Below, piece by piece: positions 28,811 through 39,253 of a stretch of 64,000 nucleotides of DNA. Each line of letters begins with the position of its first letter. The stretch's first letter is position 1. The notes under the pieces were generated by a model. It was given only the letters and a program-made list of their open reading frames with translations. It had not been told where the DNA came from and searched no databases. The position numbers and the translations under genes were made by a program. The DNA is taken from assembly GCA_003009755.1 (NCBI GenBank), contig PXUB01000022.1:1-64000 (forward strand), written 5' to 3'. Origin of the DNA: Thermoplasmatales archaeon SW_10_69_26 (GTDB lineage Archaea > Thermoplasmatota > SW-10-69-26).

Positions 28811-29227
28811 TCAGCCGTCCTCGGCCAGGGCCTCGTGTTCGGCGAGCAGCGCGCGGACCCGCCCTCGGATCTCGTCGCGCGTCTCGCGGTACTCGTCCAG
28901 CGAGTCCGGGTGGTCGAGGCTCCAGTCCGCCACGTCGTAGGGCTCGAACACCGGCATGGCGGCTTGCCCGCAGCCCATCGTGGCGATCGCGTCGGCGGCC
29001 TCGAGGTCCTCCTCGTCCACGGGTGTGCTCGCGTGGTCGGAGAGGTCGAGGCCGATCTCATCCATGACGGTCAGGGCCTTCTCGCGGACCCGACCCAGCG
29101 GGTCGGTGCCGCCGCTGAGGCACTCGACGTGGTCGGCGCCCACCTCCTCGCAGAACGCCTGCGCCATCTGGCTGCGCGCGCTGTTGCCGACGCACGCGAA
29201 GTACAGGCGGACGGGTTCGGGGCTCAT
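28811..29227 (-). CDS. arsC: Arsenate reductase, LMW-PTP family
   Basis: CVGNSARSQMA P-loop, TMGC, DWSLDHP. Lies downstream of arsR and the MIP gene. Confidence 0.85.
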   Translation of the reverse strand: MSPEPVRLYFACVGNSARSQMAQAFCEEVGADHVECLSGGTDPLGRVREKALTVMDEIGLDLSDHASTPVDEEDLEAADAIATMGCGQAAMPVFEPYDVADWSLDHPDSLDEYRETRDEIRGRVRALLAEHEALAEDG

Positions 29228-29964
29228 CCGGCCACCTCCGGCTCGGTGTCGGCGGCGGTCTCGCTCGGTCGGGCCCGCGGCGTCCGCACGTCCTCGTAGT
29301 CGACCGTCCGCACAAGCTCGTAGCCGAACATCGCCGCGATCGATCCCACGACGGGGGCCGCGAGGTAGATCCACACCATCGACCAAGTGCCGGAGACGAC
29401 GGCCGGTCCGAGGGTGCGGGCCGGGTTCATGCTGCCACCGGTCAGCGGACCCGCGAAGAGGGCGCCGATCGTGACGGCCAAGCCGATCGCCAGCCCGCCG
29501 GCGGCCTCGGGCACGCGGTCGTCGGTGGCGACGGCCGCGATGACGAACGCCAGCAGCGCGGTTGCCAGCGTCTCGGCCAGCACGGCGCCGGTCACCGAGA
29601 GCTCGGCGGCCGGCACGGTGGCGCCCAGCTGCCCCACCGGCCCCACCATGACGAGGAGCGTGCCGGCCGCGGCGGTGGCCCCCGCGAGCTGGGCCCCGAT
29701 GTAGGTGGGCACCCGCCGCCAGGGGAAGTGCCCGATGGCGGCGAACCCGAGCGTGATGGCCGGGTTGAAGTGGGCGCCGCTGACGTGACCGAGCGCGTAA
29801 ACCATCACGGCGATCGTCAACCCGAAGGTCCAGGCGACGCCGACGTGGGAGACGCTCGCGCCCGCCACGAAGCCATCCGCCACGATCGCCCCGCAACCGG
29901 CGAGCACGAGCGCGAACACGCCGATCGCCTCGGCCAGCTCGGCCCGCGGGTGCCGGCCGCCCAT
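29224..29964 (-). CDS. MIP-family aquaporin/aquaglyceroporin (probable arsenite channel)
   Basis: SGAHFNPA and GGSMNPARTLGP motifs. Sits between arsR and arsC with overlapping stop/start codons. Confidence 0.92.
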   Translation of the reverse strand: MGGRHPRAELAEAIGVFALVLAGCGAIVADGFVAGASVSHVGVAWTFGLTIAVMVYALGHVSGAHFNPAITLGFAAIGHFPWRRVPTYIGAQLAGATAAAGTLLVMVGPVGQLGATVPAAELSVTGAVLAETLATALLAFVIAAVATDDRVPEAAGGLAIGLAVTIGALFAGPLTGGSMNPARTLGPAVVSGTWSMVWIYLAAPVVGSIAAMFGYELVRTVDYEDVRTPRARPSETAADTEPEVAG

Positions 29965-30275
29965 CAGCAACAGCCCTCCGCGCGGCAGGCCTCGGGGTCG
30001 CTGGCTTCGATGTGGTCGACCAGCCAGGCCCCCTCCTCGAGGAGATCGGCCAGCCGAGGGTGGGCCAAGCGGTACAGCCGCCGCTTGCCCTCGCGGTCGG
30101 CGACGGCCAGCCCGCAGTCCCGCAGCTCGGCCAGGTGGTGGCTGAGGTTGCTCTGCTCCTGGTCGGTGGCGTCCGCCAGCTGGGACACCGAGGCCGGGCC
30201 CTCCCGGGCCAGGTGGTGGAGCACCGCCAGCCGGGTCCCGTCGGCGAGGCACCGATAGAATGAGGCCTCGTTCAT
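29964..30275 (-). CDS. arsR: ArsR/SmtB-family repressor
   Basis: LADGTRLAVL, QSNLSHHLAELRDCGL, REGKRRLYRL, C-terminal C..CC. Confidence 0.88.
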   Translation of the reverse strand: MNEASFYRCLADGTRLAVLHHLAREGPASVSQLADATDQEQSNLSHHLAELRDCGLAVADREGKRRLYRLAHPRLADLLEEGAWLVDHIEASDPEACRAEGCC

Positions 30276-30344
30276 ATCAACGGGTATTCATTCGTCTGGT
30301 ATGAGTGTACCGGCGGGGGATCGCTCCCCGCCGGACCGGTCGGC

Positions 30345-31496
30345 CTACAGCTCGCCCAGCAGGCCCAAAAAGCGCGGGTGGTCGCGCAGGTTGGCCATCT
30401 CGTCGTCCTCGCGCAGCCGGTCGCGCAGCTCGGGGACGCGGGGGGCCAGGCGCTCGAGGGCGTCGAGGGCCTGGCTACAGCGGCCCAGGCGGGCCAGCAC
30501 GCTGGCGTGGGCGTAGGCGGCCATCGGATCGTCCTCGAGCTTGCGAGCCTGGCGCAGCTTTCGCTCGGCATCGCCGAGCCGGCCCTGCTCGTCGAGGCAA
30601 AGGCCCAGGCAAAAGCGGGCCACCTGCAGGCCCGGCGCCAGCTCGATCGCGGTCTCGAACCAGCCGATCGCCGCCTCGATCTCGCCCTCGTCGAGGGCCT
30701 GCTGGCCGGCCGTGATCACGCCCACGATCCCGCCCTCGGTCGCCGCCGCGTCCATCGTCGCCCCCCGATCACCGTCGCCGGCATCGGTGCAGGTCGTCGG
30801 CTCGGGCTCCTCGAGCTCGTCGACGGGCTCGGCCGTTTCCGGCTCGGGGTCGGGGGCCTCGGGTCGTCGCCGGGTCCGGTGGGGCTGGTGGTGGACGGCC
30901 AGCGCGAGCACGCCGATCGCACCGATCAACGCCCCCGGCACGAGGCCGGTCACGGAGGTCGGCGCGGTGGCGTCGTTGGCGGTCGCCTCGTTCGCCGAGC
31001 CGCCGGAGGACGGGTCGACGTCGTCGCCCGCCAGCGGCCGGTCCACCTCGTCCTCGGGCGCCGGCTGCTGCTCGACGGTGGCCTGGACGGCCAGGCGGGC
31101 GGCCGGCTCCTCCCGGTCGTGCGTCAGGTCCTCGACGCTCTCGTCCGCGGTCCTCGTCTCCGTGGCGTCGGAACCGCCGGCGGTGTCGTCCCTCGTCCCG
31201 GAGCTAGCGACGTCCTCGGCCGTCGACGGTTCCGGTTCGCCCGTGTCGGATCCCTCGGCCGTGGCGGCCTCGCTGCTCGTGTCCGCCGCCGATTGGGTGG
31301 GATCGTCGCCGCTTTCCCCCTCCTCGGTGGCCGCCTGCGAGCTGGCGGCGTGGGCCGGGGACCCGCGCTCGGGTCCCGGATCGGGCGGACCGTTGCCCGC
31401 CGCGTGCTCGGGCGGACCCCCCTCGGCGAGGGCGGTCGTGGCGGCGGCTCCGAACACGAGCACGAGGGACGCGACGACGAGGCAGCTTGTCCGCAT
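30345..31496 (-). CDS. Signal-peptide, low-complexity, single-TM protein with C-terminal TPR repeats
   Basis: Signal peptide, acidic Ser/Thr/Ala stalk, TM LVPGALIGAIGVLALAV, TPRs, and a terminal ANLRDHPRF motif. Confidence 0.75.
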   Translation of the reverse strand: MRTSCLVVASLVLVFGAAATTALAEGGPPEHAAGNGPPDPGPERGSPAHAASSQAATEEGESGDDPTQSAADTSSEAATAEGSDTGEPEPSTAEDVASSGTRDDTAGGSDATETRTADESVEDLTHDREEPAARLAVQATVEQQPAPEDEVDRPLAGDDVDPSSGGSANEATANDATAPTSVTGLVPGALIGAIGVLALAVHHQPHRTRRRPEAPDPEPETAEPVDELEEPEPTTCTDAGDGDRGATMDAAATEGGIVGVITAGQQALDEGEIEAAIGWFETAIELAPGLQVARFCLGLCLDEQGRLGDAERKLRQARKLEDDPMAAYAHASVLARLGRCSQALDALERLAPRVPELRDRLREDDEMANLRDHPRFLGLLGEL

Positions 31497-31699
31497 AGCG
31501 GCGACGCAGACGGTGGGAAGCGGTGGGAGGGGCCCGGCGTTGGGGTCTCGGTCCTCTCCCGCGAGCGGCCAAGGCCCAACGTGGACCTTCCCGAAGGTTG
31601 AACCGACGGTCGGCTTCGCCGGCTGGTCCTCCCGACCCCGTCGACCGGCCGAGGCCGAGGGCTTGATGAACCCGCCAGGCGTGGTCGACCGCGCCGGGC

Positions 31700-33244
31700 A
31701 TGTCGGCCGACAGCGATCGCCCCGACCCCCGACCCGCGTCGAGGTGGGCCCAGCTGCGGGCCCGCCTGGCCGGGCTTTGGGCCGGCGTCCGCCGCCGGTT
31801 CAGCGTCGACCTGCGCGCCCTCGCCGTGATGCGCATGGTGCTGGGAGCGGTGATCGTCGGCGATCTGATCCACCGCGCCCAGCACCTGCGGTTCTTCTAC
31901 ACCGACGAGGGCGTCTACCCGCTGGCGGCCTTCACCTCGACGTACGTCAAGTTCAACGACCTCTCCCTGCACGCCCTCTCCGGCGAAGCCTGGGTCCAAG
32001 CGTCCTTGTTCGTGCTCGCCGGCGCCCTCGCGGTCGCCTTCGCCCTCGGGTACCGCACCCGGTGGACCGGTCTGGCGTCCTTCGTGTTGCTGGTCTCGCT
32101 GCAGGCGCGGAACCCGCACGTGCTCAACGCCGGCGACCGCCTGCTGCGCATCCTGTTGCTCGTCGCGCTCGTCACCCCGCTGGGCGAGCGATGGTCGCTG
32201 GATGCCCTCCGCCGCGAGGACACGCGCCAGACGGTCGCGAGCCCGGCGACCGCGGCCCTGCTCGTGCAGCCGATCGTCGTCTTCACGGCCAACGCGATCC
32301 TCAAGCACCCCGGCGACCACTGGTACGCCGGCGACGGGCTGCAGATCGCGCTGGCCAACGACGCCGTGACGCTCCCCCTCGGCAAGCTCCTCGCCCGACA
32401 AGAGCTGGTGACGACCGCGCTCACCTACGGCTGGGTCGGCCTGCTCGCCGGCTCCTCCCTGCTCCTTCTGGCCACGACCGGCCGCCTGCGCGCCGCGGCC
32501 GCCCTGGCCTACGTGGGTGCGTTCGTCGGCATGATGGCCACGATGGCGGTCGGCCTGTTCCCCCTCGTGCTCGTGGCTGCGCTGGTCCCCTTCCTCACGA
32601 CGCCGGTCTGGGAGGCAGTGACCGCGAGGGTTCCCCCACGCTGGCGGGACCGGTGGCCCCCGCCGGCGCTCGTCGACCCATCGAGCAGGCCCTGGCTGAG
32701 GGACCGGCTGGCGGCTCGCCTCCCGGTGGGCGACCGAGGCCATGTACAAGGGGGCCTGGCCCGCGTCGGTCGACGCCTCTGCGCAGCCGCCGGCCTCGCC
32801 TTGTTGGCCTGGATGCTCGTGTTCAGCGGCGCCCACGTCACCGACACCGACCTGCCGGACGCGATCGACGACCCCAACCTCGACGTCCAACGATGGGGCG
32901 TGTTCGCGCCCGACCCCGCCACCGCCTACAGCTGGTACGAGACCGAAGCCCAGCTCGCCGACGGACGCTCGGTCGACGCCCACGACGGCGGTCCCCTCGG
33001 CTTCGAGCGGCCCGCGCACGCCGGGGAGGCCTTCGAGACGTTCCGCCACCGCAAGTACATGGGCCACGTCAAGGACAGCGAGGTGCTCCCCGGCCCCTAC
33101 GTGGACTGGGCCTGCCAGCACGCCCAGCAGGTCGTCGACGGCGACGTTGAGCGTGTGCGCCTGCACCGGTCCTACCAGCCCAGCCCGCTGGATGGGACCT
33201 ACGAGGACCCGACTCGGAGCGTCGTCGCCGAGCGGGCGTGCTAA
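31700..33244 (+). CDS. HTTM-domain membrane protein
   Basis: DLRALAVMR, FYTDEGVYP, LGYRTR, SLQARNP.VLNAGD, WSLDA, QRWGVFAPDP. Confidence 0.85.
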   Translation: MSADSDRPDPRPASRWAQLRARLAGLWAGVRRRFSVDLRALAVMRMVLGAVIVGDLIHRAQHLRFFYTDEGVYPLAAFTSTYVKFNDLSLHALSGEAWVQASLFVLAGALAVAFALGYRTRWTGLASFVLLVSLQARNPHVLNAGDRLLRILLLVALVTPLGERWSLDALRREDTRQTVASPATAALLVQPIVVFTANAILKHPGDHWYAGDGLQIALANDAVTLPLGKLLARQELVTTALTYGWVGLLAGSSLLLLATTGRLRAAAALAYVGAFVGMMATMAVGLFPLVLVAALVPFLTTPVWEAVTARVPPRWRDRWPPPALVDPSSRPWLRDRLAARLPVGDRGHVQGGLARVGRRLCAAAGLALLAWMLVFSGAHVTDTDLPDAIDDPNLDVQRWGVFAPDPATAYSWYETEAQLADGRSVDAHDGGPLGFERPAHAGEAFETFRHRKYMGHVKDSEVLPGPYVDWACQHAQQVVDGDVERVRLHRSYQPSPLDGTYEDPTRSVVAERAC

Positions 33245-33825
33245 GTAGGACGATATTCCTCCCAGTGTTCCTCAAACTCTGCCTTCGCCTTGCGGAGCTG
33301 TTGAACGTCCCCGACCGGTTTCGTCACTGCCGCTCCCACGAGGGCCGCCGAGAGGACAACGGCATTTTCCGGGATAGCAACCTGGGAAAAGAGGATTCCG
33401 AGGGCGAAGGAGAGGATTCCCAGCCCGAGCATCCATCTCCTCAATGAGACATTCTTTTCCCTTATTGTCTCCTCCAGAGACGTTATCTCCTCCCTCGCCT
33501 GAAACTCCTCAACGAAATCACCAAGCCTTTGCGGCTCGTGGTCAATCTCGATGAGGTTAACAATCATCTCTTCTTGCCCGGCGTCTTCGAGGTCGGCTCC
33601 GTCCTCGATCTCGTTCGTGATCTTGTCGCCCCAGTCGTTGATGGTCTGACTGACATAATGGCCAAGCTGTTCGCTGACGTTGCTCCATCGCCAGTTACGG
33701 AGCGTTTCGCTACGATCACCTATCTCATTATGGTGGTTATCCACTCTGTTTTGAAAGTAAAGGAAGGAAGCGAAGCAGGCTGCCGTGAGGGTGAAAAAGA
33801 GCTGGCTTGGCAATTCTACAGACAA
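33241..33825 (-). CDS. Hypothetical 3-TM membrane protein (low-GC islet)
   Basis: N-terminal TM, helical core, two C-terminal TMs. AT-richer codons. Confidence 0.6.
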   Translation of the reverse strand: MSVELPSQLFFTLTAACFASFLYFQNRVDNHHNEIGDRSETLRNWRWSNVSEQLGHYVSQTINDWGDKITNEIEDGADLEDAGQEEMIVNLIEIDHEPQRLGDFVEEFQAREEITSLEETIREKNVSLRRWMLGLGILSFALGILFSQVAIPENAVVLSAALVGAAVTKPVGDVQQLRKAKAEFEEHWEEYRPT

Positions 33826-33834
33826 GGGAAGTCC

Positions 33835-34323
33835 TCAGGCGAGATAATCGTCCGCGATTTCCGAGTTAGTGGCCATTGACGGGTACTCATTATAAACAAA
33901 ACTGAGTAAACTATGAAGAGATTGGGATATATGGCGATATTTCAGCCAGGTCACCATTTCCCTAACCTCGGAAGCGGTGTCTCGCCATAGCTGTCTAGCT
34001 ATATCCGTGCCTCTGTTGGTAAGCTGTATTTTCTCTACGGACTGTTCGGGTTCTTCGCCTTCAACGATGACCAACAGGCCTTTCTCAGAGAGGTCTAAGA
34101 CAGTCTGCCAAAGTTCATCCGCGTAAGGGCCGTATTTGTGGGGTCGGAAATCGAAGCCGGTCTCTCTTCCAAATTCTTCCTTTAGGTGCCGGTCTAGCAG
34201 GAAGACTGCCTTCATGAGTCGGGTCCGCCCGTAAATCCAAGTGTCGTGATCTCTCGAAGGGTTGTTGGGGGCGTAGATTAGGCGTAAGACCCATTTTTCT
34301 TCCTTCGAGAGGTTCTCTGGCAT
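33835..34323 (-). CDS. SocA/Panacea/YwgA-like winged-helix protein (low-GC islet)
   Basis: GRTRLMKAVFLL, FRPHKYGPY, IQLTNRG, LLSFVYNEYP. Confidence 0.65.
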   Translation of the reverse strand: MPENLSKEEKWVLRLIYAPNNPSRDHDTWIYGRTRLMKAVFLLDRHLKEEFGRETGFDFRPHKYGPYADELWQTVLDLSEKGLLVIVEGEEPEQSVEKIQLTNRGTDIARQLWRDTASEVREMVTWLKYRHISQSLHSLLSFVYNEYPSMATNSEIADDYLA

Positions 34324-34427
34324 CTCTTTTCACCACTTCGCAGGCGGGAATGACACAACTCTATTTACCTGCTTGAGCATTTAAATTCGACGACATGGGG
34401 TGGAAGTACTGACGGCGCCATTTTAGA

Positions 34428-36074
34428 TTAGACCTCGACGACGGCCTCGCCCCGCGCCGCCTCGGCGAAGCCTTTGCCCTCGAAGAGGACGACGTCCTTC
34501 TGCACGTCGTGGAACGCGCGCGGCTTCTCGGTGTGGATCGGCACGATCCGGTCGGCCGCCATCGAGCGGTAGAACTCGGCCAGGTCGGGGCCGGCCGCGT
34601 GCCCGCTCACGTGGGTGAGGCCCGTCAACGCGCCCGGCGGACCGCCCGGCGTCTCGGGCAGATTGTGGTCGAGCCCGAAGCGATCCAGCCAGTTGCGCTG
34701 GCGGTCGATGTTGAGCGCCATCTCCTCGTTGAACGGCTCCGTGAGACACCGGATCCAGCGCGACCCCGGCGGCGGATCGACATCGATCAGGTCCTGGATC
34801 GACCAGTACGACAAGTGCAAGAGGTAGTCCTGCGGGTTCTCGCGGATGTCCGTGGCGCGCACTCCCCCCTGCAGGTGAGCCAACGGATCCCTCAGCGTCA
34901 CCTGGTCGTTGGCCTTCCAGGCGGGCTTGATCGTGTCCCGATCCCACTTCGTCTTGTAGCCGGCCTCGTGCTTGCGGCGGGTGTAGTCGCTGGGGTTGTA
35001 GCGCATCGTGCCCCGGCGCAGCAGGTAGGGCTCGACGTGATCGTAGCGCTCGGGTGAGCGCGAGGGCACGTCCTGGCGGTGGTCGAGCTGCTTGAGCAGG
35101 TAGGCCAACCGCGGGTCGACGACGAGCGTGCGGTCGGTCTTGGCGGCGACCTGCTGCATCGTGTCGAAGCGCGTGGTGTCCTTCCAGCCGAACTCGACGA
35201 CGCCGAGCCCGGGGCAGTTCTCCAGCAGTTCGGCCACGTCGCGCTCGACGCCGGCCTCGTCCTCGGCGGCCGCGTCCGTGATCCGCGTGCCCTCGGCGAG
35301 CAACAGGTCCGGCTCCAGGCCCTCGGCGTACTCGCGCAGGCGCTGGGTTCGGGTCGTCAAGCGTCCGTGGAACCGGAGATCGCCGGTGTAGAAGATGTCG
35401 GCGCCGCTCGGCGTGCGGACGTGGAAGGCGACGGCGCCCGGCACGCTGTGGTCGACCGGGACGGCCGTCACGTCGAAGGGCCCGATCGTGAACGCGGTGC
35501 CGACCGGGCACGTCTCGATCGTGCGCTCGCGCCGCTGGGTCTTGACGTCGTCGTCGCCGGGGAAGTAGGCGCCCGAGCCCAGCTGTTCGATCGAGCGCTC
35601 GCGCACCTCGACGATCTCCTCGCCGATGCCGCCCGAGCCCAGGTGGTCGATCGATTCGAGCATGCGTTGCGTCGTCGCTGTGCAGTGCACCGGGATGTCC
35701 GGGTCCAGGAACGCCATGTCGCCGAAGTGGTCCAGGTGGGCGTGCGTGAGCAACGCGCCGTGCACGAAGGGCTCGCCGGTGCGCTCCTCGTAGGCCTTGG
35801 CGCTCTCCGGCGGCTCGCTGTCGAGCTCCTCCCACGCCAGATCGACCAGATCCTGCCGGTAGAGCCCGTCGACGTCCGGCAACAGGTCGAGATCGATCAG
35901 GTCGGTGAGGATCGTCGTCGTACGCGGCTGCAGGTAGGAGTCGAAGTACGTCTTGCGCGCGCCGAAGCTCATCCCGAAGTCCAACAGGACCCGGTCGTCG
36001 CCGTCCTCGACGAGGAACTTGTTCCCGCCAATCTCGTTGAGGCCGCCGAGCAGGTGGACGCGGACGGAGGACAC
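34428..36074 (-). CDS. MBL/beta-CASP ribonuclease (RNase J-like)
   Basis: [49 protein letters not shown]. Confidence 0.88.
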   Translation of the reverse strand: MSSVRVHLLGGLNEIGGNKFLVEDGDDRVLLDFGMSFGARKTYFDSYLQPRTTTILTDLIDLDLLPDVDGLYRQDLVDLAWEELDSEPPESAKAYEERTGEPFVHGALLTHAHLDHFGDMAFLDPDIPVHCTATTQRMLESIDHLGSGGIGEEIVEVRERSIEQLGSGAYFPGDDDVKTQRRERTIETCPVGTAFTIGPFDVTAVPVDHSVPGAVAFHVRTPSGADIFYTGDLRFHGRLTTRTQRLREYAEGLEPDLLLAEGTRITDAAAEDEAGVERDVAELLENCPGLGVVEFGWKDTTRFDTMQQVAAKTDRTLVVDPRLAYLLKQLDHRQDVPSRSPERYDHVEPYLLRRGTMRYNPSDYTRRKHEAGYKTKWDRDTIKPAWKANDQVTLRDPLAHLQGGVRATDIRENPQDYLLHLSYWSIQDLIDVDPPPGSRWIRCLTEPFNEEMALNIDRQRNWLDRFGLDHNLPETPGGPPGALTGLTHVSGHAAGPDLAEFYRSMAADRIVPIHTEKPRAFHDVQKDVVLFEGKGFAEAARGEAVVEV

Positions 36075-36365
36075 GGTCGACCAACGCCTCGCTCGGGATT
36101 AAGGATGCGGGCCCCGTCCCGGGTGCGAGCCCGAGAGCCGCCCCTCGCGGCGGCAACGGCGCGCACCCGTGGCCCCTCCCAGGTACCCCACAGGCTTCCG
36201 AGGACGCCCTCGGGCGGGGCCTCCGTTCGAGGGGGCCTCGGCCCGTGCACGGACCTCCCGGCCCCCGACCGTGATCGAAGCACGCTCTCCACGCCGGTGC
36301 ACGGGCCCTCCGCTGGTCTCCGTCTCCCCCTACCGATTATAACGAGAGGCGACGGTGCCCCGCTG

Positions 36366-36947
36366 ATGATCCTGTCCGACGGGGACATCCGCGAGCGCTT
36401 GGCGGAGGGGGACCTGGTCGTCGATCCGCTCGACGACCCGGAGCTGCAGATCCAGCCCTCGAGCATCGACCTCCGGCTGGGCCACGAGTTCGTCACGTAC
36501 CAGACGACCCACGTCCCCTACATCGACCCCGAGGACGCCAACACCCAGAACGAGTACACGAACCGCGTCGAGATCGAAGAGGGCGAACGCTTCATCCTGC
36601 ACCCCGGCGAGTTCGCGCTCGCCTCCACGCTGGAACGCATCGAGCTCCCGCCCGACCTCGTCGCGTTCGTCGAGGGACGCTCGAGCCTCGGCCGTCTGGC
36701 CATCGTCGTGCACGCCACCGCCGGCCTCTGCGATCCCGGGTTCGAGGGCAAGATCACGCTCGAGCTGTCGAACCTCGGCAAGGTGCCCGTCGCCCTACAC
36801 CCCCGGATGCGGATCTCGCAGATCGTCGTCCACGAGATGAAAAGCGAGGCCGAGGTCCCCTACGGCGCCGACCGCGGCTCCAAGTACCAGGGCCAAGACC
36901 GGCCCGAGCTCACCCGCATCGACCAAGACTTCGCCGACGGGGAGTAA
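36366..36947 (+). CDS. dcd: dCTP deaminase
   Basis: [49 protein letters not shown]. Confidence 0.96.
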   Translation: MILSDGDIRERLAEGDLVVDPLDDPELQIQPSSIDLRLGHEFVTYQTTHVPYIDPEDANTQNEYTNRVEIEEGERFILHPGEFALASTLERIELPPDLVAFVEGRSSLGRLAIVVHATAGLCDPGFEGKITLELSNLGKVPVALHPRMRISQIVVHEMKSEAEVPYGADRGSKYQGQDRPELTRIDQDFADGE

Positions 36948-37375
36948 CGGTCGACGCAGGACCGGTGGGCGCCGAGCACCCAAGCTACAGAGGCCCACAG
37001 GCCCAGAGGATCGACCTGGGCAGCGATACCCTCTGGAGGGGCCGGCGGACGAGGGGAAGACGACGGACGATCTCGACCGGGCGAGCGGGCGACATGGTTC
37101 GACGATGGGTGCCTCGACACCCGACGATGAAAGGGGTCCCCACATGGGCTTCGTGGGCCGGTTCTCTCGACCCTCGCCCCCGGACGCCATAGCTACATCG
37201 TCGCCATCCTGGTCCACTCAGCGCTCTGGGCGGCCTCCGAGCCTCAGCCGGATGCCCGGCTCTGTGGCTCTGTGTCTCCGCGTCTCTGTGTGCCCAGCTC
37301 CCACCGCGCTCGCGGAGCCCCGCCGTTGGCCCGTTCCCCTCGGGATTGAAGAAGGACCCCCACCGTGGCCTGGAC

Positions 37376-38749
37376 ATGTTCGACGGCGGGAGAGCGGCCG
37401 GGCTCGGCATCGTGCTCGTGGCTGCCGCGTTCGCGGGCTGCGCCGGCACCGGCCCCTCGGACGCCGAGCACGCCCGGTCGATCGCCCGCGAGGCCGCCGA
37501 CGGCCTCACCACGCCCGACGCCGCGAAGGCCGCCGGCTACGAACCCGATCCCTTCTGCGCCCCCGACGAAGGCGTGCACTGGATCGACCACGACCGCGTC
37601 GACGGCGAGCTCGATCCCACCGATCCCGAGGCGTTGGTCTTCCTGCCGACGACCGACGACATCGAGAGCACCGCGCCCGGCGACCAGCGGTTCCTGGGCG
37701 TCGAGTACATCCAGGCCGTCGAGGATGCCGACGCCGAGGCGCCCAGCCTGATGGGCGTCCCGATGAAGGGTCCGATGCCGGGCCACACGCCCGAGATGCC
37801 CCGCCACGCCGAGCTGCACGTCTACCAGGCCGACGAGGCCGACGCCTCCGACACCTTCGCATCCAGCGTCGCCGGGATCGACTGCCCCGCCTCCACCACG
37901 CCCCCGGGCGTCCAGGACGAGGGCAACGGCGACACCCAGCGAGCGCAAACGGAGCCGGCCTCCTGCAGCGAGACGCTCGACGGCCAGCGCACCCACGACC
38001 ACGCCCGCATCGAGCTGTACCTGGACAGCGAGCGCCCCTTCGACCTCTCCCCCGAACGCTACCAGCTGGCCGACCGTAGCATCCACTTCGAGGCCGGCGA
38101 CCGCGACGCCGGCGGAGCGATCGTGCACCTGCACGAGGGCGGCGCCACGATGGGCTGCATGCTCGAGGCCCTGGGCTGGAACGTCGACCACGATCGGCTG
38201 ATCCTCGACGACGGCACCACGTACCAGACGACCGACGACACGCCCTTCGAGGTGTTCGTCGACGGCTCACGCAGCCCCGACGGCTTCGACACCCGCCTCG
38301 AGCACGGACGAACCTACGTGCTCCGCTACAACAGCACCGCCGCGGTCTCACCCTGCCCGGACGTCGGCGGGACCGCCGTGCACGAGCACGCCGAGCTCGA
38401 CGTCCGGCTCAACAGCTCCGAGCCGTGGGACTTCTCCCCGTCCCGCTACCAGGACCAGTCCAGCGCGGTCCGCCTCGAGGACGGCTCGGCGGACGCCGAC
38501 GGCGCCCGCATCCACGTCCACGAGGACCGCCCCTCGCTGGGCTGTTTGTTCGCCACGCTCGGCTGGGAGACCCACGAGCAGCGGATCGAGACCGACACCG
38601 GCGACATCTACGAGGCCGCCAACGGCACCGAGATCGAGGTCCTCGCCGACGGCGAGCCTCTGCAGGAGGGCTTCGATGCCCCGATCCAGCAGGCCAGGAC
38701 CTACGAGATCCGCTACAACGCGACCCCGGCCAATGCCTCGGCCGAGTGA
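37376..38749 (+). CDS. Lipoprotein with duplicated His-rich putative metal-binding domain
   Basis: Lipobox FAGC. Two repeats of H(D/E)HA..FD.SP.RYQ..H(L/V)HE..GC...LGW. Confidence 0.75.
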   Translation: MFDGGRAAGLGIVLVAAAFAGCAGTGPSDAEHARSIAREAADGLTTPDAAKAAGYEPDPFCAPDEGVHWIDHDRVDGELDPTDPEALVFLPTTDDIESTAPGDQRFLGVEYIQAVEDADAEAPSLMGVPMKGPMPGHTPEMPRHAELHVYQADEADASDTFASSVAGIDCPASTTPPGVQDEGNGDTQRAQTEPASCSETLDGQRTHDHARIELYLDSERPFDLSPERYQLADRSIHFEAGDRDAGGAIVHLHEGGATMGCMLEALGWNVDHDRLILDDGTTYQTTDDTPFEVFVDGSRSPDGFDTRLEHGRTYVLRYNSTAAVSPCPDVGGTAVHEHAELDVRLNSSEPWDFSPSRYQDQSSAVRLEDGSADADGARIHVHEDRPSLGCLFATLGWETHEQRIETDTGDIYEAANGTEIEVLADGEPLQEGFDAPIQQARTYEIRYNATPANASAE

Positions 38750-38849
38750 CGCTGGGCCCGGCCGGTCTCGAGAGTCTCTGCAGGGAGACGGAGATATCCG
38801 GGCCAGCATCTATGCCCGATCGCCGGGTCCAGTTTCCCCGGAGACCGCG

Positions 38850-39179
38850 ATGGAAGCGTTGCAGACGTGGGAGGAACGAGCCCTCTCGCAGGGCGCCCAC
38901 CAAGAGGTGCGGATCCGCCCGATCCCCGAGGCCCACCTCGTCGACCTCGGCTACCGGCGCTCCCTTGGCACCCCCAAGGGCCAGCGCGCCGACTACCGCA
39001 AGCCGCTGGACGACGGCCGCGGCCTCCACGTCCGCGAGTACGAGGACCACATGCGCGTGCACTGGGACCGGACCGCCCCCTCGGTGGACCTCGTGGGCCA
39101 CCTCGTCGACGACGCGCGCGGCGTGACGCTGACCGGCGGCCTGACGCTTGTGGCCCTCCTCGTCTGGCCGCTGCTTTGA
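38850..39179 (+). CDS. Conserved-looking hypothetical protein with C-terminal TM
   Basis: GQRADYR..GLHVREY..VHWDR..GHLVDDA followed by a hydrophobic tail. Confidence 0.6.
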   Translation: MEALQTWEERALSQGAHQEVRIRPIPEAHLVDLGYRRSLGTPKGQRADYRKPLDDGRGLHVREYEDHMRVHWDRTAPSVDLVGHLVDDARGVTLTGGLTLVALLVWPLL

Positions 39180-39253
39180 CTCGCGCGGCCGGCCGGGACC
39201 TCGGCCATTCTTGTCCCTCAACCGTGAAACCGCCACCGAGGGCTCGGCCGACC

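Noticed and set aside
36200-36310. GC-rich inverted repeats between the RNase J-like gene and dcd
   Set aside because: Single occurrence, plausible by chance at this GC content, and no shared motif with the tfb array.
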